Below, in pieces: positions 28,859 to 38,966 of a stretch of DNA of 64,000 nucleotides. Within the stretch, counting starts at the first letter, position 1, and the number at the start of each line of letters is the position of its first letter. This DNA is from Bacteroidia bacterium (lineage in GTDB: Bacteria; Bacteroidota; Bacteroidia; NS11-12g; UBA9320). The position numbers and the translations under genes were made by a program. A model generated the notes under the pieces. That model saw only the letters and a list, made by a program, of their open reading frames with translations. It was not told the origin of the DNA and made no database searches. The DNA is taken from positions 51,705 through 115,704 of the forward strand of contig JADLGN010000009.1 of assembly GCA_020849295.1 (NCBI GenBank). Direction: 5' to 3'.

Positions 28859-30565
28859 TTAGTAAATCTTATATAGCAAATGTTTTGAAGTAAAATATTT
28901 TTTAAATTTTATATTCAATAAAATATCATCAAATACAGGTTCGAAACTTTTTATATATTTTTTCTCTATCAAAATATATCTAATGTTTTTGGGCATTTTC
29001 AATTTACAGTTTGATAATGTTTCCCCATTTTGAATCTTTACTATTTTGTTGTAAAAATCTGTTTTACAATTAGCAAACAAATCTTTGTCAAGCCTCGAAA
29101 TATATCCGTCTGTCATTGGTTTATTGTGTTTGGTTTGATAAAATAGTTTATTTGTATTGAAACTGCCAAATTCTACAAATCCATCTCTAATCCCAAAAGG
29201 TATATTGAGCAAAACTCCATTAGGTTGCTTTGATAGAAACTTAATCATCGCAGGAATTTCACTTTCTCTTATTAATTGGTAGTTCTTAGGCTTATATTCT
29301 AATATAGTAGATACAAAAATAATTAGAACTAAAAAATTACGATATCTGATTTTTTTTAAAAATTCACTCAAAACAACTGTTATTATTGGCAAAACTGTAA
29401 AAAGAAGCATTGGATACATTCTCGTAGGCGATCTAAGATTATTTAGAAATGGAATGTAATGAAATATTGAAACTGGATTATTTAAAAGTGATTTGCCATA
29501 TACTTTAAAATCGGGCAATGTCATTAAAAAAAATAAAAAACAAATAAATGTAAATGGTTTTAAAGCCTCAGAACTTGTCATTTTTCTTTTTATAATAAAT
29601 GAAAAAATTATTACCCCCATAAAAACAAAACCGGTAAACATGCAGTATTCTACCGATTCGGGATAATGATATATAATTTTTTCTATATTTCTGAAATAAG
29701 AAAAATCAAACCACATACTGTTTGGTGAAGGAATAATATATGAAAGCAAATCACCACTCCACCAAATCCCGCCTTTATTGTCAACTCCAAATACTTTAAA
29801 CTGATGAAAACTGATATGTGATAATATAAGTACGACTATTGTGTAAATCCAAAATCTTAATGAACGCAAGTTTACAACAGAAACTAATTTGAAATACAAA
29901 GCATAAAAAAGACAAAAATATATAACATAAAATGTAGCGTAATAATCGCTAAGAAATATACCAAACCCAAGTAAAACACAGTAAATAAAATATCTTACAT
30001 TTACTGTTTCGGGTAAAAACTTTTTTTGTTTAAAAACAAAACCTTTTAAAAAGAATAAAACAAAAAAAGGTACAAATGCAGTAAGTAGCAAATGATAATG
30101 TTCTGTAAGTCTAAGCATTTTATATGGGCAAAAACCATAAATAAAACCGGCTAATACTGCTAATAAAAAATTTGATTTTAAATATCTGCAAAGAATAAAA
30201 ACTCCATAAGCCGAAAGTACATAATTAAGTAATAAAAATGTGTTAAGAGCTAAATAGTTATTCTCGAAAAACAAAGAAAACAAGCCAATAATTGGCGTAT
30301 AGGTGTGCATTATAAGCGGTGAACCAAAAGGATAAAATAAAAGCTTTGTATTAAATGGATTTTTTAATTCATAAATACATCTTTTGAAATTATAAATATT
30401 CCAGAAATACTGATTTGTATCACTATTAGGTAGAGAACCTGTGTATGCACTATCAAAATATAAAACAAGAGGAAATGTAAACCAGATGAAGATGGAAATA
30501 TAAAAACAAAGCACTAAAATCTTTGTCAGCATTAACTTATGTTTCTCTCCAAATTTTATTTCCAA
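28859..30565 (-). CDS. polytopic integral membrane protein of unknown function (possibly GT-C-fold glycosyltransferase-like)
   Basis: 568 aa with at least 12 predicted TM helices, aromatic-rich, and no soluble catalytic domain recognised. Divergent from htpG. Confidence 0.45.
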   Translation of the reverse strand: MEIKFGEKHKLMLTKILVLCFYISIFIWFTFPLVLYFDSAYTGSLPNSDTNQYFWNIYNFKRCIYELKNPFNTKLLFYPFGSPLIMHTYTPIIGLFSLFFENNYLALNTFLLLNYVLSAYGVFILCRYLKSNFLLAVLAGFIYGFCPYKMLRLTEHYHLLLTAFVPFFVLFFLKGFVFKQKKFLPETVNVRYFIYCVLLGFGIFLSDYYATFYVIYFCLFYALYFKLVSVVNLRSLRFWIYTIVVLILSHISFHQFKVFGVDNKGGIWWSGDLLSYIIPSPNSMWFDFSYFRNIEKIIYHYPESVEYCMFTGFVFMGVIIFSFIIKRKMTSSEALKPFTFICFLFFLMTLPDFKVYGKSLLNNPVSIFHYIPFLNNLRSPTRMYPMLLFTVLPIITVVLSEFLKKIRYRNFLVLIIFVSTILEYKPKNYQLIRESEIPAMIKFLSKQPNGVLLNIPFGIRDGFVEFGSFNTNKLFYQTKHNKPMTDGYISRLDKDLFANCKTDFYNKIVKIQNGETLSNCKLKMPKNIRYILIEKKYIKSFEPVFDDILLNIKFKKYFTSKHLLYKIY

Positions 30566-30665
30566 AATGAGTTCAATATTAATAAAATTTAAACTGACAA
30601 TTTTTCATTTTTTTCTTATGGTTTAACTTTTGCCAATAGATAAAACAAAAAAAATAAATTAAAAA

Positions 30666-32477
30666 ATGCAAAAAGGTAATATTTCTGTTCACACCGAAAA
30701 TCTGTTTCCGATAATTAAAAAATTTTTATACTCTGACCATGAAATTTTTCTCAGAGAACTTATATCAAATGCCGTAGATGCTACTCAAAAACTAAGTGTT
30801 CTTTCTTCAAGAGGAGAAATTGAAGGCGAGCTTGGTGATTTGAAAATAAAAGTGAGTGTTGATGAAAAAGCTAAAACAATTACAATAAGCGACAGAGGTA
30901 TTGGTATGACTGAAGATGAAATTGAAAAATATATAAATCAAATAGCATTTTCGGGTGCCGAAGAATTTGTAAACAAGTACAAAGATTCTACCGACACTCA
31001 AATTATTGGACATTTCGGGCTTGGATTTTATTCATCATTTATGGTTGCTCATACTGTAGAAATTAATAGCTTGAGTTATCAGAAGGGTTCAACAGCAGCC
31101 TATTGGAAATGTATTGGAAATACAGAATTTGAACTTGGAAAAGGTAAAAGAAAAAACAGAGGAACAGATATTATCCTACATATTTCAGAAGATTCAACCG
31201 AGTTTTTAGAAAAATGGAAAATAAATGAGTTGCTGAATAAATATTGTAAATTTTTGCCAATTGAAATTGAATTTGACGGAAAAGTAATTAACAATCCATC
31301 TCCTATTTGGAAAAAATCTCCAACTGAACTTGTTGATGAAGACTATACCAAGTTTTATAACGAACTTTATCCTTTTCAAGAAGCACCGCTTTTCTGGATA
31401 CATATTAATGTAGATTACCCGTTTAATCTTACAGGTATTTTGTATTTCCCAAAAAGCAGACGCGAAATAGAATTGTCAAAAGATAGAATAAAACTTTACA
31501 GCAATCAGGTATTTGTAACTGACCACGTAAACGAAATAGTGCCGGATTATCTTATGTTACTTCAAGGGGTAATTGACTCGCCCGATATTCCATTAAACGT
31601 ATCAAGAAGTTCGCTTCAGGCTGACAGTAATGTTAAAAAAATTACATCACATATAAGTAAAAAAGTGGCTGACAAGCTTCACGAACTTTATAAAAAAGAT
31701 GCAAATGAATTCGAAAATAAATGGGAAAGCATGAGTTTGTTTGTAAAATACGGAATTATAAGTGATGAAAAGTTTGATGAACGTGCAAAAACATTTTGTT
31801 TGCTTAAAAATATAAATAATGAATATTTTACAATTGAAGAATACATTAACAAAATTTCAATTTCACAACTCGACAAGGACAATACGAAAGTAGCATTATA
31901 TACAAACGATAAAGACAAACAATTTTCATTTATTGAACCATTGTTGGCGAAAGGATACGATATTCTGCTTTTTGATGAGCCAATTGACAATCACTTTATA
32001 ATGCATCTTGAGCAAAAAAATGAGAAACTGCAAATAAAAAGGGTTGACTCTGCAGCAGCTGATAAAATTATAGATAAGGGGCAAATCCTTGAATCTGTAT
32101 TAAATGAAGATGAGAAAAAAACCTTGACAGATTTGATGGAAAATCAATTTGACAAAGAAAAATTTAAAGTTGATTTACAGGCATTATCTCCTGATGAGCA
32201 ATTTATTTCAATAATCAAAAATGAGTTTGATCGCCGTATGCGTGAAATGAATCAAATGGGTGGCGGTATGTATTCTTTTATGGCTAATTTACCTGAAAAA
32301 TATGATGTAATTATAAATACAAATCATAGTTCTATTGGAAAACTTGTAAAAGAAACAGACGAACTAAAAAGAAACAACTCTGCACGACAATTGGCAGACC
32401 TCGCTTTGTTAGCACAAAATATGCTTTACGGTGAAGCTTTGAATAGTTTTATAAAGCGAAGTACCGAAAATTTATAA
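30666..32477 (+). CDS. htpG: molecular chaperone HtpG (Hsp90)
   Basis: GHKL ATPase motifs (ELISNAVDA, GxGxG-type GIGMT) and Hsp90 middle and C-terminal domains; 603 aa. Confidence 0.95.
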   Translation: MQKGNISVHTENLFPIIKKFLYSDHEIFLRELISNAVDATQKLSVLSSRGEIEGELGDLKIKVSVDEKAKTITISDRGIGMTEDEIEKYINQIAFSGAEEFVNKYKDSTDTQIIGHFGLGFYSSFMVAHTVEINSLSYQKGSTAAYWKCIGNTEFELGKGKRKNRGTDIILHISEDSTEFLEKWKINELLNKYCKFLPIEIEFDGKVINNPSPIWKKSPTELVDEDYTKFYNELYPFQEAPLFWIHINVDYPFNLTGILYFPKSRREIELSKDRIKLYSNQVFVTDHVNEIVPDYLMLLQGVIDSPDIPLNVSRSSLQADSNVKKITSHISKKVADKLHELYKKDANEFENKWESMSLFVKYGIISDEKFDERAKTFCLLKNINNEYFTIEEYINKISISQLDKDNTKVALYTNDKDKQFSFIEPLLAKGYDILLFDEPIDNHFIMHLEQKNEKLQIKRVDSAAADKIIDKGQILESVLNEDEKKTLTDLMENQFDKEKFKVDLQALSPDEQFISIIKNEFDRRMREMNQMGGGMYSFMANLPEKYDVIINTNHSSIGKLVKETDELKRNNSARQLADLALLAQNMLYGEALNSFIKRSTENL

Positions 32478-32582
32478 ACTATGTATAGCATTTGCAAAGT
32501 GCTGTGCTGGCATTTTGATTAGTGAAAATATTTGTTTAACTAAAAAATATAATTACATTTGCTTAATAATTATAAAAAATAA

Positions 32583-32978
32583 TTGAAGCAATTAGTTAAA
32601 TATTCAATTTTATTATTTGTAGCTGTTTATATACTACAAACAGCAGGAATTAATATTTCTGTACATTATTGCGGCAATAATATTTCATCTGTTTCTTTTT
32701 TTGAAAAAGCTAAAAAATGCAAATGTTTGAGTAAAAAAATGAAACCTAACTGTTGTAAAGACAAATCAGCCAAAATTAAGATTTCTTCTTTTCAGCAAAA
32801 ATCAAATCATTTAACTCAACCTATCAAGTTTGTTCATATAAATGCATTGTTCATTTCAATAAATGAAAGCACTTCTTTTAATTTTACTAAACTTTCAATT
32901 ACTAGTAATAATAAAAACAAACCTCCGGATGATATAAGCCATCCAATTTATATTCGCAATAGGGTTTTTACCATTTAG
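32583..32978 (+). CDS. small secreted protein of the HYC_CC_PP type, recurrently linked to Bacteroidota metal-efflux loci
   Basis: TTG start and a signal-like N-terminus. The motifs VHYCG, PNCCKD and NKPPDD appear in the order expected for the HYC_CC_PP family, as recalled from RefSeq naming. Confidence 0.5.
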   Translation: MKQLVKYSILLFVAVYILQTAGINISVHYCGNNISSVSFFEKAKKCKCLSKKMKPNCCKDKSAKIKISSFQQKSNHLTQPIKFVHINALFISINESTSFNFTKLSITSNNKNKPPDDISHPIYIRNRVFTI

Positions 32979-33086
32979 AATTTTTTTTCATTTTTTGTAC
33001 GGTTCTTCGTTGATTTTTCAATTTTAAAAAATTAATTAACTTATATAGAATAATCATTAAAAAAATAAATTTTAAAAAAAAATAAA

Positions 33087-33305
33087 ATGAAAAAAAATAT
33101 TAAAACATATACAACAGCAATAGTATTTGCAATGTCTTTTATAATGTATTCATGTAACAGTTCAAAATCTGATGGTGCAAAATATTACTGTCCGATGAAA
33201 TGTGAAGGTGAAAAAACTTATGACAAACCGGGTTCATGTCCTGTGTGTGAAATGGATTTGGAAATAGTAAAAGCAACAAGTCCTAAAACTGATACTGCCA
33301 AGTAA
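33087..33305 (+). CDS. standalone heavy-metal-binding domain (HMBD) lipoprotein
   Basis: Lipobox (MYSC) plus YYCPMKCEG...PGSCPVCEMDL, the CxxC...CPxC HMBD pattern otherwise found at CusB N-termini. Confidence 0.75.
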   Translation: MKKNIKTYTTAIVFAMSFIMYSCNSSKSDGAKYYCPMKCEGEKTYDKPGSCPVCEMDLEIVKATSPKTDTAK

Positions 33306-33326
33306 TTTTATTAATTCTTAATAAAA

Positions 33327-36300
33327 ATGATTGAGCGTATTATTCGCTGGTCAACCCATAACAGATTTTTTGTTTGGGTAATAATTCTTGTATTAACTGC
33401 AGGTGGAATATGGTCTGTGTATAACACACCAATTGACGCAATACCTGATTTGTCAGAAAATCAAGTAATAGTTTATACAGAATGGATGGGGAGAAATCCT
33501 CAGATAATTGAAGACCAGATAACATATCCCCTTGTGTCAAGTCTGCAGGGCATACCAAAAGTAAAAGCTATACGAGCATCATCAATGTTTGGGATGAGTT
33601 TTGTTTTTGTAATTTTTGATGATAATGCAGAAATTTATTGGGCACGAACACGTGTACTCGAAAGATTGAATTTTGCACAAAATAATTTACCACAAGGCGT
33701 TGTACCTTCACTTGGACCCGACGGAACAGGTGTTGGACATGTATTTTGGTACACACTGCAAGGCAAAGGATATGACCTTGGTGAACTTAGGGCTATACAA
33801 GACTGGTATTTAAAATATGCTTTGCAAAATGTAGAAGGTGTTAGTGAAATTGCATCTTTTGGAGGATTTCAAAAAAATTATCAGATAAGTATTAATCCTG
33901 AAAAACTAATATATTTTGATGTGTCGGTAATGGAAATTTCTGAAGCGTTAAAAAACAATAACCGCGATGCCGGAGGAAGTATTGTTGACATAAATAGTGC
34001 AGGATATATGATAAAAGGTAATGGCTACATTAAAAGTGTTGAAGATATAGAAGATATTTCGATTAAATCAGAAAATACAATTCCTATAAAAATAAAAGAT
34101 GTAGCAGATGTACAAATTACAAGTACTCAAAGACTTGGTTTTACTGATGAGAATGGCGAAGGTGAAGTAACAGGAGGTGTTGTTGTAGCAAGATATGGTG
34201 AAAACCCCGGTGAAGTAATTAAGCGCATTAAATCAAAATTGAAAGATATAGAAAAAGGGCTACCACCAGGAGTAAAAATAAAAACAGCCTACGACCGTAC
34301 AGATTTGATTAATGCATCAATTGCTACATTAAAAGAAGCCTTGTGGAGCGAAATTCTTGTTGTTTCGTTGGTAGTACTTGTTTTCTTATTCCATTTACAA
34401 AGTGCTATAGTAGCTATAATTACTATCCCACTTTCTGTTTTAATTGGTTTTATAATGATTAAAACTTTTGGAATTACTTTAAATATAATGACTCTCGGCG
34501 GTATAGCACTTGCCATTGGCGACTTGATTGATGCCGGAATAGTAATGACAGAAAATGCTTATAAAAATCTTGTTAAGGAGGTGTTAAATGAAGGATAAAA
34601 AACAAAAAACCAGAATTGGCAATACAAATGAGCTAAGCGAAGAAAGACGAATTGAGATTATTGAAAAATCATCGCTTACAATTGGCAGAGCAGTATTTTA
34701 TTCAATTCTTGTAACATTGATTTCATTTGCTCCTATTCTATTTTTAGAAGGACAGGAAAAAAAGCTTTTCACACCTCTTGTACTCACCAAAACCTTTACA
34801 ATGATAGGCTCTGCACTAATTGCTTTATTTATTGTTCCAATGTTATTAAGAACAATGATGAAAGGTAAACTGATACCAGAAAGCCGAAATTGGGTTTCTA
34901 ACTTTTTTATTACAATATATAGCCCAATTCTTAGGTTTTGCCAAAATAATGTAAAATCAGTTTTAGTTGTTTCGTTGCTTATAGTTATATCAGGAATTCC
35001 GCTTGTAATAAAAACAGGTTCTGAATTTATGCCCGAATTAGATGAAGGCTCTTTACTTTTTATGCCTGTAACATTGCCCGATGTATCAAACAGTGAAGCA
35101 AAAAGAATTTTGCAGGTACAAGATAAAATTATAAGCAGTTTTCCTGAAGTAGAATATGTTTTGGGAAAAGCCGGAAGAGCAAATACAGCTACTGACAATG
35201 CTCCTGTGAGTATGATTGAAAGTATTATTATTCTAAAACCAAAATCAGAATGGAGAAAAGGAATGACTACCCAGAAACTCGTTTCAGAATTAAATTCAAA
35301 AGTGCAAATACCTGGTGTGTCAAACGGTTGGACTATGCCTATTATTAACCGAATAAATATGCTTTCAACCGGTATAAGAACTGACATTGGAGTAAAAGTA
35401 TTCGGACAAAATTCTGACACTATTTATTCTATCTCTAAAAAAATTGAAAAGTCTTTGAAAAATATTGAAGGACTTACTGATTTGTATGCCGAACAACTTA
35501 CCGGAGGAAAATATATAGAAATAACCCTTAAACGCGAACAAGCTGCAAGGTATAATCTAAATATTGAAGAAATAAATATGATTATTGAAATGGCTTTGGG
35601 AGGTATGTCTATCTCAAAAACTGTTGAAAAAAGACAAAGATTTGATATTTCATTGCGAATAGCTCAAGATTTCAGAAAGGATATTAGCGAAATAAAAAAT
35701 ATTCCGATAAAAACAAAAAACTACGGTGTAATTCCTCTTTCATCAGTTGCAAACATTGAATTTACAGAAGGGCAGCCAATGATTAACTCCGAAAATGCTA
35801 TGCTTAGAGGTACTGTACTTTTCAATGTAAGAGGCAAGGATATGGGAACTGTAGTAAAAGAAGCAAAGAATAAAATAGATAATGAATTTAAAAAATTACC
35901 TCCTGGATATTATATAGAATGGAGCGGGCAATACGAAAGTAAAATTAGAGCCGAAAACAGACTAAAAGTTATCATTCCTGTAACATTACTAATAATTGCC
36001 TTTGTACTTTTTATAACTTTCAATTCAGCAAAAAAAATGCTTATAGTACTTACAAGTATTCCGGTAGCACTAATTGGCGGAGTTTATTCAATGTACTTTT
36101 ATGACGTAAATTACTCAGTTGCGGTAGCAGTAGGATTTATAGCTTTGTTTGGAGTAGCAGTAGAAACCGGAGTTTTAATGATTGTTTATCTTGACGAAGC
36201 TTTTGAAAATATGAAAGCCGAAAATAGTGTTCATATTTACGAAAGTGAAATTAAGAAAGCTGTATTTGCAGGTGCTGTAATGCGTGTAAGACCAAAACTA

Positions 36301-36489
36301 ATGACTGTAATGGCAGATATGATTGGGCTTTTGCCAGTAATTGCAGCTACAGGTACAGGAAGCGACGTAATGAAACCTATTGCTATACCATTTGTTTTCG
36401 GGCTGATATCCTCTACCCTATTTGTTCTTATAGTACTACCATTAATATACCAAGTAATTAAAAAAAAGGAACTAAAAGTTGCAGCATGA
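33327..36489 (+). pseudogene. cusA: heavy-metal RND efflux permease CusA/CzcA (HME family), interrupted by a frameshift in an A-rich run near 34590
   Basis: ORFs 33327-34598 and 34588-36489 are collinear with the N- and C-terminal parts of CusA/CzcA. They overlap in gaaggataaaaaacaaaaaacc, and a +1 shift restores ...KEVLNEG-KKQKTRIGNTNEL... Confidence 0.8.
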
Positions 36490-37727
36490 AAAAAACAATA
36501 ATATTCATAATTATAATTTTTCCAGTAATTTTATTTGCACAACACAAACCAACTTCGCTAAATGAAATTATTGAAAAAGTAATTACTGATTTTCCATCAG
36601 TAATACAAAACAAATATACCATAGAAGCTATAAAAGCTAAAGCAGAAGGCGCTAAAACATGGATGAATCCAACTTTTAATGCTGGATTTACTCGTGTGCC
36701 TTATGATTTTTCTATACTGGCTAACAGAAAAAGTTCAATGAACCAAGCAGGTTTTACATTTAATGTGCAGCAAATGATTCCTAATTTTAAAAATCAAAAT
36801 GCTAATCAAAAATATATTCTTTCACTTGCAGATATTGAAAAATGTAACATCGAAAAACAAAAAAACGAGCTAAGACTTTCAGTAAAACAACTTTATTTTA
36901 ATCGTCTTATTGCAGAAAAAAAAATAATAGAAATTGAAAAATCAGAAGAAATTTTACATTTACTAATAGAAACAGAAACAGCAAAACTTGAGTATAACAA
37001 ATCTGATTTACTCAATATTTACAAAACAAAGGCAAAACTTGCCGAATACAAAAACATGAAACTAATGCTGCAAGGCATGATAAATGAAAGTAATGCCGGA
37101 CTAAACACTTTGCTGCAAAGAGATGTTAGTACAAAATTCAATATTGATACCACATTTGCCCTATTCAAATATGACATTGTTGCAAAAGTAGAAAATACCA
37201 CATCAAGAAGTGATATAGAGGCAATGGGCAGTATGATAAAATCAATGAAATTAGAGCAAAATGCAGTAAAGCTAAAATTACGCCCCGAATTTGGTATAAT
37301 GGCAGAACACATGCAAATGCTTGCCATGCCGAGCCAGTGGGCTATTATGGGTATGATGACCTTGCCTATAAAATCATTTAGCGACAAAATGGTAAAATCT
37401 GAAATTAAAGCCATGGATTACAAAATAAAATCAATGGAAGAAGAAAAAAATGCAATGAAAATAATGATTGACAAAATGACTAATGAAAAATTAGAAATTC
37501 TTAAAAGTCGTTATCTGATGTACAAAAATTTTACTGATGAAATTATCCCTCAATATATAAAAAATTATGAAGTAAGTTTATATTATTACAGACAAAATTC
37601 AACTGATTTTGCCAAAGTAACTGATGCAATTGAGATGCTGTATATGAAAAAAACTGAAATGTTGGATTTGCTAAATGAAATATTAAACACAGAAGCTGAA
37701 TACGAATATGAAAAAGAAATCAAATAG
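36486..37727 (+). CDS. outer membrane efflux protein (TolC/CusC/CzcC family)
   Basis: Signal peptide, a 413-aa two-repeat coiled-coil-rich pattern, and an ATGA overlap with the cusA stop. Confidence 0.7.
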   Translation: MKKTIIFIIIIFPVILFAQHKPTSLNEIIEKVITDFPSVIQNKYTIEAIKAKAEGAKTWMNPTFNAGFTRVPYDFSILANRKSSMNQAGFTFNVQQMIPNFKNQNANQKYILSLADIEKCNIEKQKNELRLSVKQLYFNRLIAEKKIIEIEKSEEILHLLIETETAKLEYNKSDLLNIYKTKAKLAEYKNMKLMLQGMINESNAGLNTLLQRDVSTKFNIDTTFALFKYDIVAKVENTTSRSDIEAMGSMIKSMKLEQNAVKLKLRPEFGIMAEHMQMLAMPSQWAIMGMMTLPIKSFSDKMVKSEIKAMDYKIKSMEEEKNAMKIMIDKMTNEKLEILKSRYLMYKNFTDEIIPQYIKNYEVSLYYYRQNSTDFAKVTDAIEMLYMKKTEMLDLLNEILNTEAEYEYEKEIK

Positions 37728-38961
37728 TTTGAAAATATTAGTTTTAATTAATGTTCTGTTGGCTTTTACTTACTGTAAAAAAACTTACAATTCGTCAAAT
37801 ATAAAAAAAGAAATACTGTATCAATGTCCAATGGATACACAGATAATAAGCAAAGTGCAAGGCAAATGTCCAATCTGTAAAATGAAGCTCGAGTTTAAAG
37901 CTGATGATGCAGTTTTGCAAAGCATATCTCCATCTAAACTTGTATTTTCATCACAAAAAACAATAAAAATTACTGATAAAAATATTTCATCCAATATTAT
38001 TCTTTCAGGAATTACAGCACTTGCAGAAAATCTCAACAAAAATGTATCAGCCAAATTTGGCGGAAGAATAGAAAAACTATATGTAAAATACAATTACAAG
38101 TACGTAAACGAAGGAGATAAAATTATGGAAATTTTTAATCCCGAATTACTTGCTATGCAAGAAGAATACTTGTTTTTGCTTAAAACAAAAAATGAAAAGA
38201 TTTTTATTGAAAAATCAAGAAAAAAATTATTGCTTAGCAATATTTCTGAAAGCCAAATTGTAGAAATTGAAAAGACTCATAAAGTAAAAAGAACAATAAC
38301 TATTTACAGCCCATACAGTGGCTTTGTATTTTTTAATGATATAAATAAAGCCACAGCAGATAATGAAACTGCACAAAGTGACGGAATGAATATGAGTAAA
38401 ACAATTGTGGAAGAACCCACTTACAATTATTCTAAAATATACGAAGGTAGCTATGTAAACAATCGCTCTACACTTTTTCAAGTAAATGACATGAGCAAAA
38501 TATGGGCTTGGATATCTGTGCCTGCAATGTTTATAGAGAAAATAATACCTGGCACTCCTGTAGATTTAGCTTTGGAAAACAATTCACTTATAAAAACTAA
38601 AATTGATTTGATTGACAGAAATAATGAGAATGGTCAAAGCAAATTTGCAAAGTTTAAAATTACTTTAGACAACTTTGATAACAAAATTCTCATAAACGCA
38701 ATTGTTAAAGCAACTGTAAAATCGAGTATTAACAATAAAATATATATACCTCAACAGTCAATTTATTTTACTGGGAAAAACTCAATAGTATGGCTTAAAA
38801 CAGCAAACGCTAAAAACGGAAACGTTATTTTTGAAATTAAAAAAATTATAACCGGCGAAAAAATAGATGGAAATGTAGAAGTAATTAGCGGACTTAATGT
38901 AAATGATGAAATAGCTGCTAATGCAGGAATGATGACAGACAGTGAAACTATTTTAGAATAA
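37708..38961 (+). CDS. CusB-like RND adaptor (MFP) with N-terminal heavy-metal-binding domain, paralogue 1
   Basis: Lipobox (FTYC), HMBD motif YQCPMDTQ...GKCPICKMKL, then a membrane-fusion beta-barrel. Confidence 0.8.
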   Translation: MKKKSNSLKILVLINVLLAFTYCKKTYNSSNIKKEILYQCPMDTQIISKVQGKCPICKMKLEFKADDAVLQSISPSKLVFSSQKTIKITDKNISSNIILSGITALAENLNKNVSAKFGGRIEKLYVKYNYKYVNEGDKIMEIFNPELLAMQEEYLFLLKTKNEKIFIEKSRKKLLLSNISESQIVEIEKTHKVKRTITIYSPYSGFVFFNDINKATADNETAQSDGMNMSKTIVEEPTYNYSKIYEGSYVNNRSTLFQVNDMSKIWAWISVPAMFIEKIIPGTPVDLALENNSLIKTKIDLIDRNNENGQSKFAKFKITLDNFDNKILINAIVKATVKSSINNKIYIPQQSIYFTGKNSIVWLKTANAKNGNVIFEIKKIITGEKIDGNVEVISGLNVNDEIAANAGMMTDSETILE

Positions 38962-38966
38962 AGGAT

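Noticed and set aside
28925-28940. GGTTCGAAAC resembling a tRNA T-arm
   Set aside because: No flanking acceptor, D or anticodon stem structure. It lies inside the coding frame of the 568-aa membrane protein.
32486-32520. Imperfect palindrome AGCATTTGCAAAGTGCT downstream of htpG as a terminator or operator
   Set aside because: Mismatched arms and no T-run. TTTGCAAA-type palindromes recur throughout this A/T-rich sequence (for example at 1720-1729 and 2386-2396) and are likely compositional.
34585-34600. Possibility that the cusA frameshift is a programmed +1 frameshift
   Set aside because: The shift site (GGA UAA A) lacks a slippery P-site codon able to re-pair in the +1 frame and has no obvious stimulatory element. 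An indel or homopolymer sequencing error is more parsimonious. Kept as a finding only as pseudogene or slippage.
34698-35420. 240-aa minus-strand ORF within the cusA C-terminal half
   Set aside because: Antisense to a well-supported RND permease reading frame and has no recognisable motifs, so it is a typical shadow ORF. The same applies to 16339-16737 (in dprA), 60650-61027 and 61928-62185 (in the Moco subunit), 11518-11796, 21990-22474, 23025-23525, 31100-31990, 37019-37414 and 39062-39871.
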